52,993 bases of DNA. It comes from Candidatus Yanofskybacteria bacterium RIFCSPLOWO2_01_FULL_39_28. Lineage in GTDB: Bacteria > Patescibacteriota > Minisyncoccia > 2-02-FULL-40-12 > GWA2-44-9. The DNA is taken from contig MGKE01000008.1 in NCBI GenBank assembly GCA_001794635.1, forward strand, positions 1 through 52,993, read 5' to 3'. Position 1 is the stretch's first letter, and every line of letters begins with the position of its first letter. Shown one piece after another: positions 37,591 through 47,215 of the stretch. Both the position numbers and the translations under genes were made by a program. Under the pieces are notes generated by a model that worked only from the letters and a program-made list of their open reading frames with translations, was not told the origin of the DNA and did no database searches.

Positions 37591-38526
37591 CTACTGCCAT
37601 TTATACGCTTGCCTGGCCCAGTCTATTAATTTCTGGGTATCACCAAACCGATCTTGCGACCCAAGAACAATACTGACAATTTTGGATGGATAATCGGGAA
37701 CGCTGGCTACCAATATCATACACTGACCCGCCCCATCTGTATAACCAGTTTTGCCGCCAACCAAATCTTTTATTAATCCGATGAGCAGATTAGTGCTTCT
37801 AGCTGTATGTTTAATTTTCTCATCACTTGATTCAATAATCGTTGTCTTCTTGGCTGATATGTCCCAAATCTCCTGATAGTTCAAAGAGTATTCTACCAAT
37901 TTTATTAAATCTTGAACAGAAGAATGGGCATTATCATTCAACCCGGCCGGATCAATAAAATTAGAATTAAACATTCCGAGTGATTGTGCTTTCAAATTCA
38001 TTTCTTGAACAAAATCTATTTCGCTGGTTTTTGCGTAAGAAACTAGGGCATAAGCAGCGTCATTAGAAGATTCTATGAGCATCAGTTTCAAAAGATTGCG
38101 GATGCTAATTTTTTCACCTAAATACAAATCCTGTTTCTCTCCATCTACCTTAATTGAGTCTTCTGAAATGGTTACAATATCATCTAAGTTCGTCTTTTCC
38201 AATACTATAACCGCACTCATAATTTTAGTTAAAGAAGCTATTGGAAGTTTTAAGTCGCTATTTTTTTCAAACAAAAAACGGCCTGAGCGAGTGTCATAAA
38301 TTAGAGCCGATTTGGCGCTTAACACTGGCTCAGGAAAATTTGAATTTAGGACTGGGATATAATTCGGCCCGGAGATTGGCAGTATAAAAGCTTGTTGTTT
38401 TTCGTCAACATAGTCATAAGAAAAACTAATTACTCCAACGTTGTCCCTAGAGTTTTTAAAGACGAAAAAAAAGTTAACGGCAAAAAGAACAATTATGGTA
38501 ATTGTGGCAAAATAAACTTTGAACAT
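37591..38526 (-). CDS. D-alanyl-D-alanine carboxypeptidase (S11)
   Basis: SLTK, SSN, KTG motifs. Confidence 0.93.
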   Translation of the reverse strand: MFKVYFATITIIVLFAVNFFFVFKNSRDNVGVISFSYDYVDEKQQAFILPISGPNYIPVLNSNFPEPVLSAKSALIYDTRSGRFLFEKNSDLKLPIASLTKIMSAVIVLEKTNLDDIVTISEDSIKVDGEKQDLYLGEKISIRNLLKLMLIESSNDAAYALVSYAKTSEIDFVQEMNLKAQSLGMFNSNFIDPAGLNDNAHSSVQDLIKLVEYSLNYQEIWDISAKKTTIIESSDEKIKHTARSTNLLIGLIKDLVGGKTGYTDGAGQCMILVASVPDYPSKIVSIVLGSQDRFGDTQKLIDWARQAYKWQ

Positions 38527-38534
38527 TACTAAAA

Positions 38535-39956
38535 TTACTTTTCAATCTTTAGGTGCAATTCTTTAAGCTGCTTTTTACTAAGCTCTGAGGGTGCAACCAT
38601 AACCGACGTGCGGCCAGAGCTTGTTTGGGGAAATGCCTGAACCTCTCTCAAAAATTCCTCTCCGGTAAAAGTCATAATCAATCTTTCTATTCCATGAGCA
38701 AGGCCGCCGTGCGGCGGAGCCCCATATTTAAATGCTTCCAACATATGGCCAAATTGCTCTTGTATTTCTTCTTTTGTATAACCCATTACCTTAAAAACAG
38801 CTTCCAACATTTCTGATTTGTGGGCGCGAATACTACCGCCGCCAACTTCAAACCCATTGCAAACCAAGTCATATTGAGTTGTGAGTATTTTGTCTATGTT
38901 TTCACCCTTCAAAAGCCAACCTACGTGTTCCGGCTTGGCATGAGAAAATGGATTGTGAGTAAAAGTCCAGTTACCTTCAGTGTTTTTTTCAAAGAATGGA
39001 AAATCTTTTACCCAGGCAAAAGCTAAAATCCCGTTCTTTTTATCTTCTTCGGTTCTTAAGTCAAACTTATCCGCACCAAATTTATCCATAGCTTCCTGGT
39101 AAGTAAATACCGGAAATGGCTTTTGTTTTAATTTGTAACCCATTCCTTCTGCGACCGTTGTGATCATCTCTTCATCTAAAGCCATAAATTCTTCCTGATT
39201 CACAAAACTCATTTCCATATCAATTTGGCTATGCTCAAATCCCCTATCCGCCCTCAAATCATCATCGCGTAAACAGCGAGCTATCTGGAAATATTTTTCA
39301 AAACCGGCTACCATCAGCAATTGCTTATACTGTTGCGGACTTTGTGGTAAAGCAAAAAACTTGCCTGGATTAATACGCGACGGCACGACAAATGTACGCG
39401 CACCTTCAGGAGTCGGAGCCGAAAGTATCGGCGTTTCAATTTCTATAAATCCTTTTTTAAATAAAAACTGTCTGATGCGATCTACAAACTCAGAGCGCAG
39501 TTTTATGTTTTTCTGAAGACGAGGTCTCTTTAAATCCAAATATCGGTATTTCAAACGCATCTCTTCATCAATATCATGACCGTCAGTATCAATAGGAAAA
39601 GGCATTGCTTCCGACTGGTTTAAAACTTCCAGTTCCATTGGTTCTATTTCAACCTTGCCAGTTTCAATTTCCGGATTAACCATTTTTTCTGGACGTTGCT
39701 TAACAAGTCCTTTCACGCGAATGACCCATTCCGGACGAAGTTTTTCAGCCAGGTCATAGAGGTTAAACCTCTCGGCAGATTTAGATTTAACCTCAATCTC
39801 TGGGGATTTGACAAAAACCATCTGAACTACTCCACTTCTGTCCCGCAGATCAATAAAAATTATTTTCCCCTGATCACGCCGGACATTAACCCAACCGAAA
39901 AGATCAACTTCCTTTCCGACAAGGTCTTTAGTTTCAGCTATATAAGTGCGTTTCAT
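38535..39956 (-). CDS. aspS: Aspartate-tRNA ligase (short, GAD-less form)
   Basis: OB fold, ALPQSPQQYKQLLM, RDDDLRADR, GAPPHGG. Confidence 0.95.
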   Translation of the reverse strand: MKRTYIAETKDLVGKEVDLFGWVNVRRDQGKIIFIDLRDRSGVVQMVFVKSPEIEVKSKSAERFNLYDLAEKLRPEWVIRVKGLVKQRPEKMVNPEIETGKVEIEPMELEVLNQSEAMPFPIDTDGHDIDEEMRLKYRYLDLKRPRLQKNIKLRSEFVDRIRQFLFKKGFIEIETPILSAPTPEGARTFVVPSRINPGKFFALPQSPQQYKQLLMVAGFEKYFQIARCLRDDDLRADRGFEHSQIDMEMSFVNQEEFMALDEEMITTVAEGMGYKLKQKPFPVFTYQEAMDKFGADKFDLRTEEDKKNGILAFAWVKDFPFFEKNTEGNWTFTHNPFSHAKPEHVGWLLKGENIDKILTTQYDLVCNGFEVGGGSIRAHKSEMLEAVFKVMGYTKEEIQEQFGHMLEAFKYGAPPHGGLAHGIERLIMTFTGEEFLREVQAFPQTSSGRTSVMVAPSELSKKQLKELHLKIEK

Positions 39957-40007
39957 GATCAAATATTAACATAGAAAGTATAAACAATAAAGAAAAAGGC
40001 TCGCAAT

Positions 40008-40262
40008 TTAACGCGAGCCAGTCCGAACTATCCGCCCTATATTAATAAAACCAAGTAGAGCCTGTTTCCACGTTGTCGGGTTTTTTTGAATAGGTGGTAA
40101 TTGATCTATACGTTGATTAACCCAACTCCTGAAAGGAGGATCTTCCTCATTACCATAAGAAGGGTTACCCCCAGACGAAATGCTCACAGACAACAAACCC
40201 AAAGCCACTATTAACCAAGCAATTAGCAACAATAAGCTCCCTACAACAATCGCAACATTCAT
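40008..40262 (-). CDS. Small hypothetical membrane protein
   Basis: N-terminal TM, SD GGGGAG, terminator at about 39993-40019. Confidence 0.55.
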   Translation of the reverse strand: MNVAIVVGSLLLLIAWLIVALGLLSVSISSGGNPSYGNEEDPPFRSWVNQRIDQLPPIQKNPTTWKQALLGFINIGRIVRTGSR

Positions 40263-40278
40263 CTCTCGCTCCCCCTTG

Positions 40279-41259
40279 CTAGACCAACGAACTGGAAATT
40301 ATTCTATCAAATAAGTCGGAAAGTGTCAAGCCGGCCACTTGAGCCGCCTTAGAGAAAAGCGAATTAGTTGTTAGCCCTGGAAGAGTGTTGGTCTCAAGAA
40401 CATAAACATCGTTTCCACGAACAATCATATCGGTTCTTGAATAAGCTTTGCATCCCAATAATTGATGGGTTTTAACAGCAGTTTCTTGAATCCGTTTCGT
40501 AACTTCTTCATCCAAAAAGGCCGGAGTTATCTTGTCACAATAACCAGTAGTATATTTAGCTTTATAATTAAAAAACTTATTCCCCTTTTTGGGCACAATC
40601 TCGGTCACAGGCAATGCTGCCACTTGCTGGCCATTGTAATTTTCAAGAACCCCACAAGTTACCTCCTTACCGTCAATAAACTCCTCTATCAAAATTTTGC
40701 CGTCTAATTTAAAAGTTTCTTTAATTGCCTTTTCAAGTTGAGTTAAATTTTTGACTATTTGTACTCCCACCGAAGAACCACTGGAACATGGCTTAACAAC
40801 TACCGGCAAATTAGTTACCTTGCCAACAAAAAGCTTTAGCAACGCCTGGTAGTTATCCCCTTTTCTTATCTTCAATGTCTTTGGAACCTGTAAACCGGCT
40901 AACTTAAATATTTCTCGGCTTCTTAATTTGTCCATCGCCAAAACTGACCCGCAAATACCAGAACCGGTATATCGGACACCGTGGTATTCCATTATAGCTT
41001 GGGCCTTTCCATCTTCGCCAAATGAACCATGAAGCGCGTTGAAAACAATATCACAGCTTTTTAGAGCGTTGACATCAGTAGATGGTTTGCCGTCAACAAA
41101 CCATTTCTTGTCTTTTGAGATCTTTATAACAACCGGCTGGTACTTAGACTTGTCTAAATTATCAAACACATTCTGGCCCGTAGCTAAAGATATTTCGTGT
41201 TCTGCTGAAGGCCCGCCCATTAAAATACCTATTTTGAGCTTCTTTTTTAGTATTTTCAT
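40279..41259 (-). CDS. ddl: D-alanine-D-alanine ligase
   Basis: GGPSAEHEIS, LHG..GEDG, GSSVG, KY, E.NTLPG. Confidence 0.96.
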   Translation of the reverse strand: MKILKKKLKIGILMGGPSAEHEISLATGQNVFDNLDKSKYQPVVIKISKDKKWFVDGKPSTDVNALKSCDIVFNALHGSFGEDGKAQAIMEYHGVRYTGSGICGSVLAMDKLRSREIFKLAGLQVPKTLKIRKGDNYQALLKLFVGKVTNLPVVVKPCSSGSSVGVQIVKNLTQLEKAIKETFKLDGKILIEEFIDGKEVTCGVLENYNGQQVAALPVTEIVPKKGNKFFNYKAKYTTGYCDKITPAFLDEEVTKRIQETAVKTHQLLGCKAYSRTDMIVRGNDVYVLETNTLPGLTTNSLFSKAAQVAGLTLSDLFDRIISSSLV

Positions 41260-41343
41260 TATTTTTAAATAATCTACCACGAAAAGATACGCCCGACAAA
41301 TCATCTTGACTAAACCAATCAAAAGTTATAAAATCAAAGCAAC

Positions 41344-41928
41344 ATGATTGATCGTGATATTTTTTTCAATTCTATAGATAAAGAGCTGGGAACCGAGGAT
41401 AGGGATCGGATTGAGTGGGCTTATTCTTTGGCTAAATACTACCACCGACCCCAAGTTCGTGACAGTGGTGAGAGATATTTTGAACATTGCAAATCTGTCG
41501 CCATGATATTAATAGAATTTGCCCCAACTTCGCCAAGCGAAATTATAATGGGACTGCTTCATGATATATGCGAGGATCAATTCGTTCCCCGAGGAATGAT
41601 GCGCCAGCTATTCGGTGAAAAAATAGACGAGGGATTAAAATTACTTTCTAACCAAAAAACAATATTCAGAACAATGGCCAAAATAGAAAAAATTGACCGG
41701 CCCAAAGAAGAATATTTTGCGATGCTTATGGACGCACCCTTAGGAGTTAGGAAAGTAAAGCTGGCTGACCGATTGCATAATTTAAAAACTCTGGGCGAAT
41801 GCGCCCCCGAAAAAATAAAAAGAAAGGTTGCGGAAACAGAGAAGTATATATTTCCATTGGCTAAAAAAACTGACAGCAAACTCTTTGAAGCAATCAGAAA
41901 AGAATGTAAAAAATTTAATACAAAATAA
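41344..41928 (+). CDS. Small alarmone hydrolase (RelA/SpoT HD domain)
   Basis: H..Q.R.SGE.YF.H, LLHD..ED, VKLADRLHN. Confidence 0.9.
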   Translation: MIDRDIFFNSIDKELGTEDRDRIEWAYSLAKYYHRPQVRDSGERYFEHCKSVAMILIEFAPTSPSEIIMGLLHDICEDQFVPRGMMRQLFGEKIDEGLKLLSNQKTIFRTMAKIEKIDRPKEEYFAMLMDAPLGVRKVKLADRLHNLKTLGECAPEKIKRKVAETEKYIFPLAKKTDSKLFEAIRKECKKFNTK

Positions 41929-41936
41929 AAACAGCA

Positions 41937-42341
41937 TTACTTAGCTGTTTTTTTATTTCTAATTTCCAGCAATTCCACTTGGACATTGTTTACATAAAGC
42001 TTGTATGGTTTTGAAAGATCACACTCTTCTTCTGGTTTACGGCCACACTCAAAAGTCACATCTGCGATATTGTTTATGTGTTCAGAGAAAAGATGCAAAT
42101 GTCCAGGAGAAGGACGAAAATGGATATTTGTTTTGTCATCAACCATCTGAACCCAGACAGAACCGTCGTTTTCAACTTTTAGAATCCAGGATTCGTCGTT
42201 ACTGTCTTTGTGGAAAGATTCTGTGACTAGAGGAACCGGATCTGGCAACTGACGGTCAAAATCTGAACGATATAACATTAAAAAGTTAATAAAAACAAGA
42301 ACTAATAAAATCAGAATGAGCACTTGTCTCTTAAGTGACAT
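41937..42341 (-). CDS. Hypothetical secreted or membrane-anchored protein
   Basis: N-terminal hydrophobic segment. Confidence 0.65.
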   Translation of the reverse strand: MSLKRQVLILILLVLVFINFLMLYRSDFDRQLPDPVPLVTESFHKDSNDESWILKVENDGSVWVQMVDDKTNIHFRPSPGHLHLFSEHINNIADVTFECGRKPEEECDLSKPYKLYVNNVQVELLEIRNKKTAK

Positions 42342-42461
42342 AATAAAACAACCCCTATGTCAAAAAACGATTACTAGATTTATATAACAAAGAACACTAA
42401 GGGTCAAATTGTGTTTAACAAAACATTAAAGTGTTATAAAATTAAAAACTGGCTAAGCCAG

Positions 42462-42968
42462 TTAAATAGTAATCGTTAATTCGGGAAAGGGAATGCTTGC
42501 TATCTGTTTTTCTCTTATATCCTGACACTTATCATGAACCTGAACCAATTTCTTTTCAAATGAATTTCCTTCCAGTACATAAACTTCAACAGCTATTCTG
42601 TTTACCCCCCAGACTTCCTTTTTACACCAATGACACAATGGCAGATTCTGACTGCTGGCGGTGTAATCCCCATTAACCGTTTCGGTTATTTTGTCTTCCA
42701 ACACTAGGACAGGAAATTTTTGATCGTCTCTGTTGGGGTTCCATAAACCATCCACCTTGGCCATCCTGGGGCCACTCTCAGAAAAACTTAGATGGAGCAG
42801 ATTTTTGCCAACAGTTAATACTTTGTATATATAAAAACAACTAAGACCCCTCCTCATTAATTGTTTTCTCAAAAATTCCATAACTTTTTTATCATCCCTA
42901 CTACTTTCAAGCGAAAGAGTGAAAACACTGCCGTGCGAATCATGGACATTCAAAATCTGTGCCTTCAT
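42462..42968 (-). CDS. Hypothetical protein with CxxC...HxxC motif
   Basis: SD GAGG, upstream TTGACA promoter, downstream hairpin. Confidence 0.7.
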   Translation of the reverse strand: MKAQILNVHDSHGSVFTLSLESSRDDKKVMEFLRKQLMRRGLSCFYIYKVLTVGKNLLHLSFSESGPRMAKVDGLWNPNRDDQKFPVLVLEDKITETVNGDYTASSQNLPLCHWCKKEVWGVNRIAVEVYVLEGNSFEKKLVQVHDKCQDIREKQIASIPFPELTITI

Positions 42969-43052
42969 AACACCTCTCTAATATGTAAACGAGCGTACCA
43001 ATATATTAACTTAAAAAATCATATATGTCAACTACCACATTATTTTAAGAGT

Positions 43053-43889
43053 TTATTGATAAGAACTAATAAGATTGGCCAATATTTTTCTCTTTTCTAA
43101 AGACCTTTTCCAAACACTGTTTAACCGCTTGCCATTTATTCTTAGGCCCTTAGAAAAATTGATTTCCTTTGCAAATTTTTCAATATTTATTCTTTTAGTT
43201 ATTAGGATTTCGTTAAAACGATAACTTACAGACGACGATATCCCGAATTCATTTAGCAAACTCGCTACCAAACCAAGAATTTTTTTATTGTGCTGATATC
43301 CCTTTATCCTACGTTTACTGTTTTTGGATAATCTAAAATCAACCGACCCCTCATCATCAAAAAAAGCTTTTAAAAATTCACGCTTACATTTAACTGATAA
43401 ATTTTTGATATCCCTTATCAACTTCTCGGACTTTTTATTAAAATAGTTTGCCAACTCTACGTTATGATAAGCCACGCGAACCACACCCTTACTATAATAT
43501 ATCTTTGGCTTGCCATCATATATTTTGGCCATTTTAAAAACAAAATTCCTGATTAACGAACTATTGCGGTTATAATACAAAATTCCACTATTTCTAATTG
43601 CTCCATCAAACAACATGTGTCCGACAAGGTTAACCAGAGATGGCGACCATCTGTTAAATTTAATATAACTATGTCCCAGCAAACTTTTACCCTTAGCAGG
43701 CCCCTTTCCTTTTATTGTGTTCGCTTTAATATTTTTGATTTTCTTTACTAATTTATTGCTTTTTGGAATGTTTTTAATGTGAAAATAGACCGTTGTTTTG
43801 GGTTTGTTTGTTATTCGGCAAATTTCTCCTAATGTATGACCTTTGTTTCTTAAATCCTTACACCAATTTTTAAATTCTACGAGTTGCAT
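43053..43889 (-). CDS. Free-standing double-motif LAGLIDADG endonuclease with N-terminal HTH
   Basis: GHMLFDG and FLKAFFDDEGSV motifs. Confidence 0.88.
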   Translation of the reverse strand: MQLVEFKNWCKDLRNKGHTLGEICRITNKPKTTVYFHIKNIPKSNKLVKKIKNIKANTIKGKGPAKGKSLLGHSYIKFNRWSPSLVNLVGHMLFDGAIRNSGILYYNRNSSLIRNFVFKMAKIYDGKPKIYYSKGVVRVAYHNVELANYFNKKSEKLIRDIKNLSVKCKREFLKAFFDDEGSVDFRLSKNSKRRIKGYQHNKKILGLVASLLNEFGISSSVSYRFNEILITKRINIEKFAKEINFSKGLRINGKRLNSVWKRSLEKRKILANLISSYQ

Positions 43890-43895
43890 TCAGTG

Positions 43896-43968
43896 TCCGC
43901 CCAGTAGGAGTCGAACCTACGACCCTCTCGTTAAAAGCGAGCTGCTCTACCAACTGAGCTATGGGCGG
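43896..43968 (-). tRNA. tRNA-Lys(UUU)
   Basis: Cloverleaf CCGCCCA/TGGGCGG, loop CTTTTAA, GGTTCGACTCC; CCA not encoded. Confidence 0.95.
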
Positions 43969-44085
43969 ATTAAACAATTCTAGCATAATGAATAAATTAA
44001 GTAAATGGATGTTTGGGGATAAAGTCCTAAGTTCGTTAGTTAAGTGAATATTATTACATTAAGAAAATAATTTATTATTAATAAA

Positions 44086-44146
44086 CCGTTCCGATTCTAC
44101 CCTACAGGGCGGACAGGTTGACAAAATGCCACGAGAGTGGTATTTT
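44086..44146 (+). promoter_or_regulatory. 30-bp motif plus sigma70 promoter, copy 1
   Basis: CCGTTCCGA-N9-ACAGGGCGGACA then TTGACA-17-TATTTT. Confidence 0.7.
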
Positions 44147-44175
44147 GTTTTGTAGTTCTCAAGAAAGGATCTTCA

Positions 44176-44463
44176 ATGCCATCTCTTAACGAGATTGAGA
44201 TTCCAATCGGTAAATTTATATTGCTTGGAGGAGGAGTTGGCGGAGAGCTTGGATTTTCTCTATGTGGTACTTTTTCAACCGTAGAAGAGGCCCAACGAGA
44301 AAAAGATAAATGGTTAGGTCGGGCACCTTTTTATGCTTCTAACCACGCAAACGCTAAAGGAGAAAATCTAAGTTCGGATATTATCTGTGATCCAGATAGG
44401 TGTTTGGAATATCTTGGAATGACTTTTGATATCTACAATGATAAGAAAGAACGAGTCGGCTAA
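44176..44463 (+). CDS. Hypothetical protein
   Basis: SD AAAGGA, own promoter and terminator. Confidence 0.7.
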   Translation: MPSLNEIEIPIGKFILLGGGVGGELGFSLCGTFSTVEEAQREKDKWLGRAPFYASNHANAKGENLSSDIICDPDRCLEYLGMTFDIYNDKKERVG

Positions 44464-44498
44464 ATGCCGGCTTTTTTATATAAAAATCTCCTCAATTT

Positions 44499-44558
44499 CC
44501 GTTCCGACTTCCTGCCACAAGGCGGACACTTGACGATGGTATTGTTTAATGCTACCAT
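44499..44558 (+). promoter_or_regulatory. 30-bp motif plus sigma70 promoter, copy 2
   Basis: CCGTTCCGA-N9-ACAAGGCGGACA then TTGACG-17-TACCAT. Confidence 0.7.
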
Positions 44559-44559
44559 T

Positions 44560-44847
44560 TTGTATCTTTTACATCCCGAGCAAGTGGACTATTGGACCGC
44601 GCATCCTGGATTTGTTGGTTTAATATTGTTATTTTTATTTGCTTTTTTCCCAAGAGTTTCAATGCTCTTTACCATAGCTTTTACTTTTACTTGGAAGGGG
44701 TGGCTTGGCTGGTTATTTCTACCCTCTTTCGTTGTAGCTTATCACGCAATCAGCATATACGGTGAAACTAACCCGATTTTAGCTGGTATCGCATGCTTGT
44801 GGGTTTTATCTAAAGTTATTGGTTTTGTTCTAAAAATTCTTTCTTAA
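44560..44847 (+). CDS. Small membrane protein
   Basis: Hydrophobic ORF with FFPR motif; start uncertain; terminator GCCGACT/AGTCGGC at about 44863. Confidence 0.65.
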   Translation: MYLLHPEQVDYWTAHPGFVGLILLFLFAFFPRVSMLFTIAFTFTWKGWLGWLFLPSFVVAYHAISIYGETNPILAGIACLWVLSKVIGFVLKILS

Positions 44848-44915
44848 TCATTTTGAATAAATTGCCGACTAACTAGTCGGCTTTTTAATTAAAAAATAAA
44901 AAGCGGGATTACCGC

Positions 44916-45440
44916 TTAGATTATTTTTAACTCCTGAAAGATATCAAACCACACTAGTTCAAGACCTGGCGACTCCTGCCACTGGGATTCTATTGATTCC
45001 TTAATTGAAGCCACCCAAGATTTTTCTTCGGCTTTTTCAGCTAACTTGAGCCGCTTCAGATACTCATGAGTCTTAGTGGCTAGAATTCTTATTTCTTCAA
45101 CCGACATCCAACCAACCCATTTAGTCTCATCTAAACTCGGCCGTAGCTGTCCTTGCCATTTAACTTCAAAAACTTGCCAAAAATGATAAAGACCGCCGCG
45201 ACGGCACAGGTTATTCGTTTTGCCATTTTTGATGAGAACCAGAGGCCTGGGAGCACCGACTATTTCAAGGCCGGTTTCTTGTCTGAATTCTTTGCAACAA
45301 GCCAACGGATATTGATCACCATCACAATGGCCAGCCGGCGGAGCAAAACCAAATGGAAATTTTTTTCTTTCAATCATTAATATTTTTCCCTCGCCGTCTC
45401 TGGCTATTGCTCCAACAGAGGTGCGATCACATACATCCAT
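44916..45440 (-). CDS. Nudix hydrolase (divergent box)
   Basis: PPAGHCDG...KEFRQETGL; TAATG-coupled to the HD gene. Confidence 0.85.
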   Translation of the reverse strand: MDVCDRTSVGAIARDGEGKILMIERKKFPFGFAPPAGHCDGDQYPLACCKEFRQETGLEIVGAPRPLVLIKNGKTNNLCRRGGLYHFWQVFEVKWQGQLRPSLDETKWVGWMSVEEIRILATKTHEYLKRLKLAEKAEEKSWVASIKESIESQWQESPGLELVWFDIFQELKII

Positions 45441-46705
45441 TAACCATTCTCCTTCTTTATGAGTTGATAAATTTTCAAGGAATTCCTGTATATTACATCC
45501 CTCTCGCCAACAATGCAAACCCTGATCGCAAGATAGTCACTCATTTCCGACTTAAGGGCTTCAAAATATTCTTTCTGGGTATCTTTAAGTGAAAGTATGC
45601 GGCCATTGTCGTGATACAATATGTCTTGAGGAACAAACCGCCAAGGAGTTAAGGTTGGCACAATTACCACTTTATGAACCGGCACTTTTACCAATTTAGC
45701 AACCTTTGATTCAAGTTTTTCTAAGTCCTTGGGTGAAGCACGACCCATCAGTTTTTCAAAAAATTTCAAATCCTCTCCAATAACTTTAATCTTCTTGCCG
45801 GCAATCCTTTCTTTGAATTCCCTGTTTTTTAAACGAATCACCAAACCAGTCCGGGGAAGCACCCTATTTTTAAAACAATTGTAAAGAAAATGAAGGTCTT
45901 CGTTTTTACTGGTATAGATCAAAGCCAGCATTTCATTGTCGTTTAGTTCCCACAATTTAGACGGATTAAATTTTTCCAAATTCATTAGTATGGCTATCAT
46001 TTTCTGTAAAAACCTCTGACTGATAAGGGCCGACTTGTGAAGATAAACTTCTTTATACATATAAATATACAATCTCTGCATTTGCTTAGCCGCTTCAAGT
46101 GATTTCTTGTCAATAACAAGTTTGCCTTTCAAATAAATCAAGTAGTTAAAAATACTCTCAATGTCAGGCCTTTGGCCAAAACCGGTATGGTATGTATCCC
46201 GTTCAAGATAATCCAGCTTATCCATACCGACATTTTTATCCATTACAATATTGAAAAGTGGGTTTTGATGCTTAAACATTTTTTTTATAAATTCATAGTC
46301 GCCGCCGCTTTTTTTAACCGCGTTTTTCATTTGTTCAAGCACAACGAGGCCGTTTTCATTCTCATCGCCTCTTAACTGAGTCAACTCTTCTATCCCATGA
46401 GAAAAAGGCCCGTGACCAATGTCGTGCATCAAAGCAAAGAGAGGTACATTTTTGACTTCGTGTTTATTTAAAAAACCGCCTTCGGCCATTTTTTTGCAAA
46501 ATCTTTTGGTTTTTCTATAAACTCCTAAAGCATGCTCAAAACGATTGTGAGTTGCCCCAGGAAAAACCGCCAGCGTCGTCCCAAGCTGGGAAATGTGAAG
46601 CAGCCGCTGGAACAGAGGGTGATTGATTATCGGCATTATTTCTCGTATATCTATAGATTCATTGGGCGGAATACGAATATACTTTTTGTAGAACTTGTTA
46701 AGCAT
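45440..46705 (-). CDS. HD-domain phosphohydrolase (SAMHD1/dNTPase-like)
   Basis: QRL..ISQLG, HNRFEHALG, HDIGHGPFSH, DKLDYL.RD, VY.HK. Confidence 0.92.
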   Translation of the reverse strand: MLNKFYKKYIRIPPNESIDIREIMPIINHPLFQRLLHISQLGTTLAVFPGATHNRFEHALGVYRKTKRFCKKMAEGGFLNKHEVKNVPLFALMHDIGHGPFSHGIEELTQLRGDENENGLVVLEQMKNAVKKSGGDYEFIKKMFKHQNPLFNIVMDKNVGMDKLDYLERDTYHTGFGQRPDIESIFNYLIYLKGKLVIDKKSLEAAKQMQRLYIYMYKEVYLHKSALISQRFLQKMIAILMNLEKFNPSKLWELNDNEMLALIYTSKNEDLHFLYNCFKNRVLPRTGLVIRLKNREFKERIAGKKIKVIGEDLKFFEKLMGRASPKDLEKLESKVAKLVKVPVHKVVIVPTLTPWRFVPQDILYHDNGRILSLKDTQKEYFEALKSEMSDYLAIRVCIVGERDVIYRNSLKIYQLIKKENG

Positions 46706-46779
46706 GGATACTATAAGTATCTAGTTTTGAGTAAATAAATCAAGCTCGCTCAAAGACTCAAGTTTATTATTTATTGTAA

Positions 46780-46817
46780 ATTGTTATAAAATAGGCAATT
46801 GCTTATTTTATGACAAT
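46780..46817. repeat. 38-bp palindrome, copy 2
   Basis: One mismatch to 12710-12747. Confidence 0.9.
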
Positions 46818-46848
46818 CTAAAAAACGCTCATATTTGAGCGTTGTAAA

Positions 46849-47214
46849 TTATGACTCTTCAAGAATTATTCTCTTTTTGAACTGGCCACGTTTTTGGGCT
46901 TTCTTTCTTTTTACTAACATGACTCTTGGTATTTGGGATTTGATCAATGGCCCCCCCCTTTCACCCCGATACCGTAAAACCGCGTCAAGAACTTCCAAGA
47001 AATCTGCTGTTTCTTCAATGAGTTTTTCTTCGTTATCTTCTGTTGCGACATACTCTTCTATTGCTTCTAATAACTCCCCGCATTCTTCTTCAAGTTTTTC
47101 TTTCAATTTATTCCAAAATTCATAATTACTGCTAGCCACATGAAACTTAAGCTTCCCACCCCTCTTTTTAATAATTTCCGGAATCCTGTCCCGCACCAAC
47201 TTATTGTATTTCAT
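46849..47214 (-). CDS. MazG-like NTP pyrophosphohydrolase (COG4997-like)
   Basis: YNKLVRDRIPEII, KL.EE..E, EE.AD.LEV, K...RG.F. Confidence 0.9.
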   Translation of the reverse strand: MKYNKLVRDRIPEIIKKRGGKLKFHVASSNYEFWNKLKEKLEEECGELLEAIEEYVATEDNEEKLIEETADFLEVLDAVLRYRGERGGPLIKSQIPRVMLVKRKKAQKRGQFKKRIILEES

Positions 47215-47215
47215 T

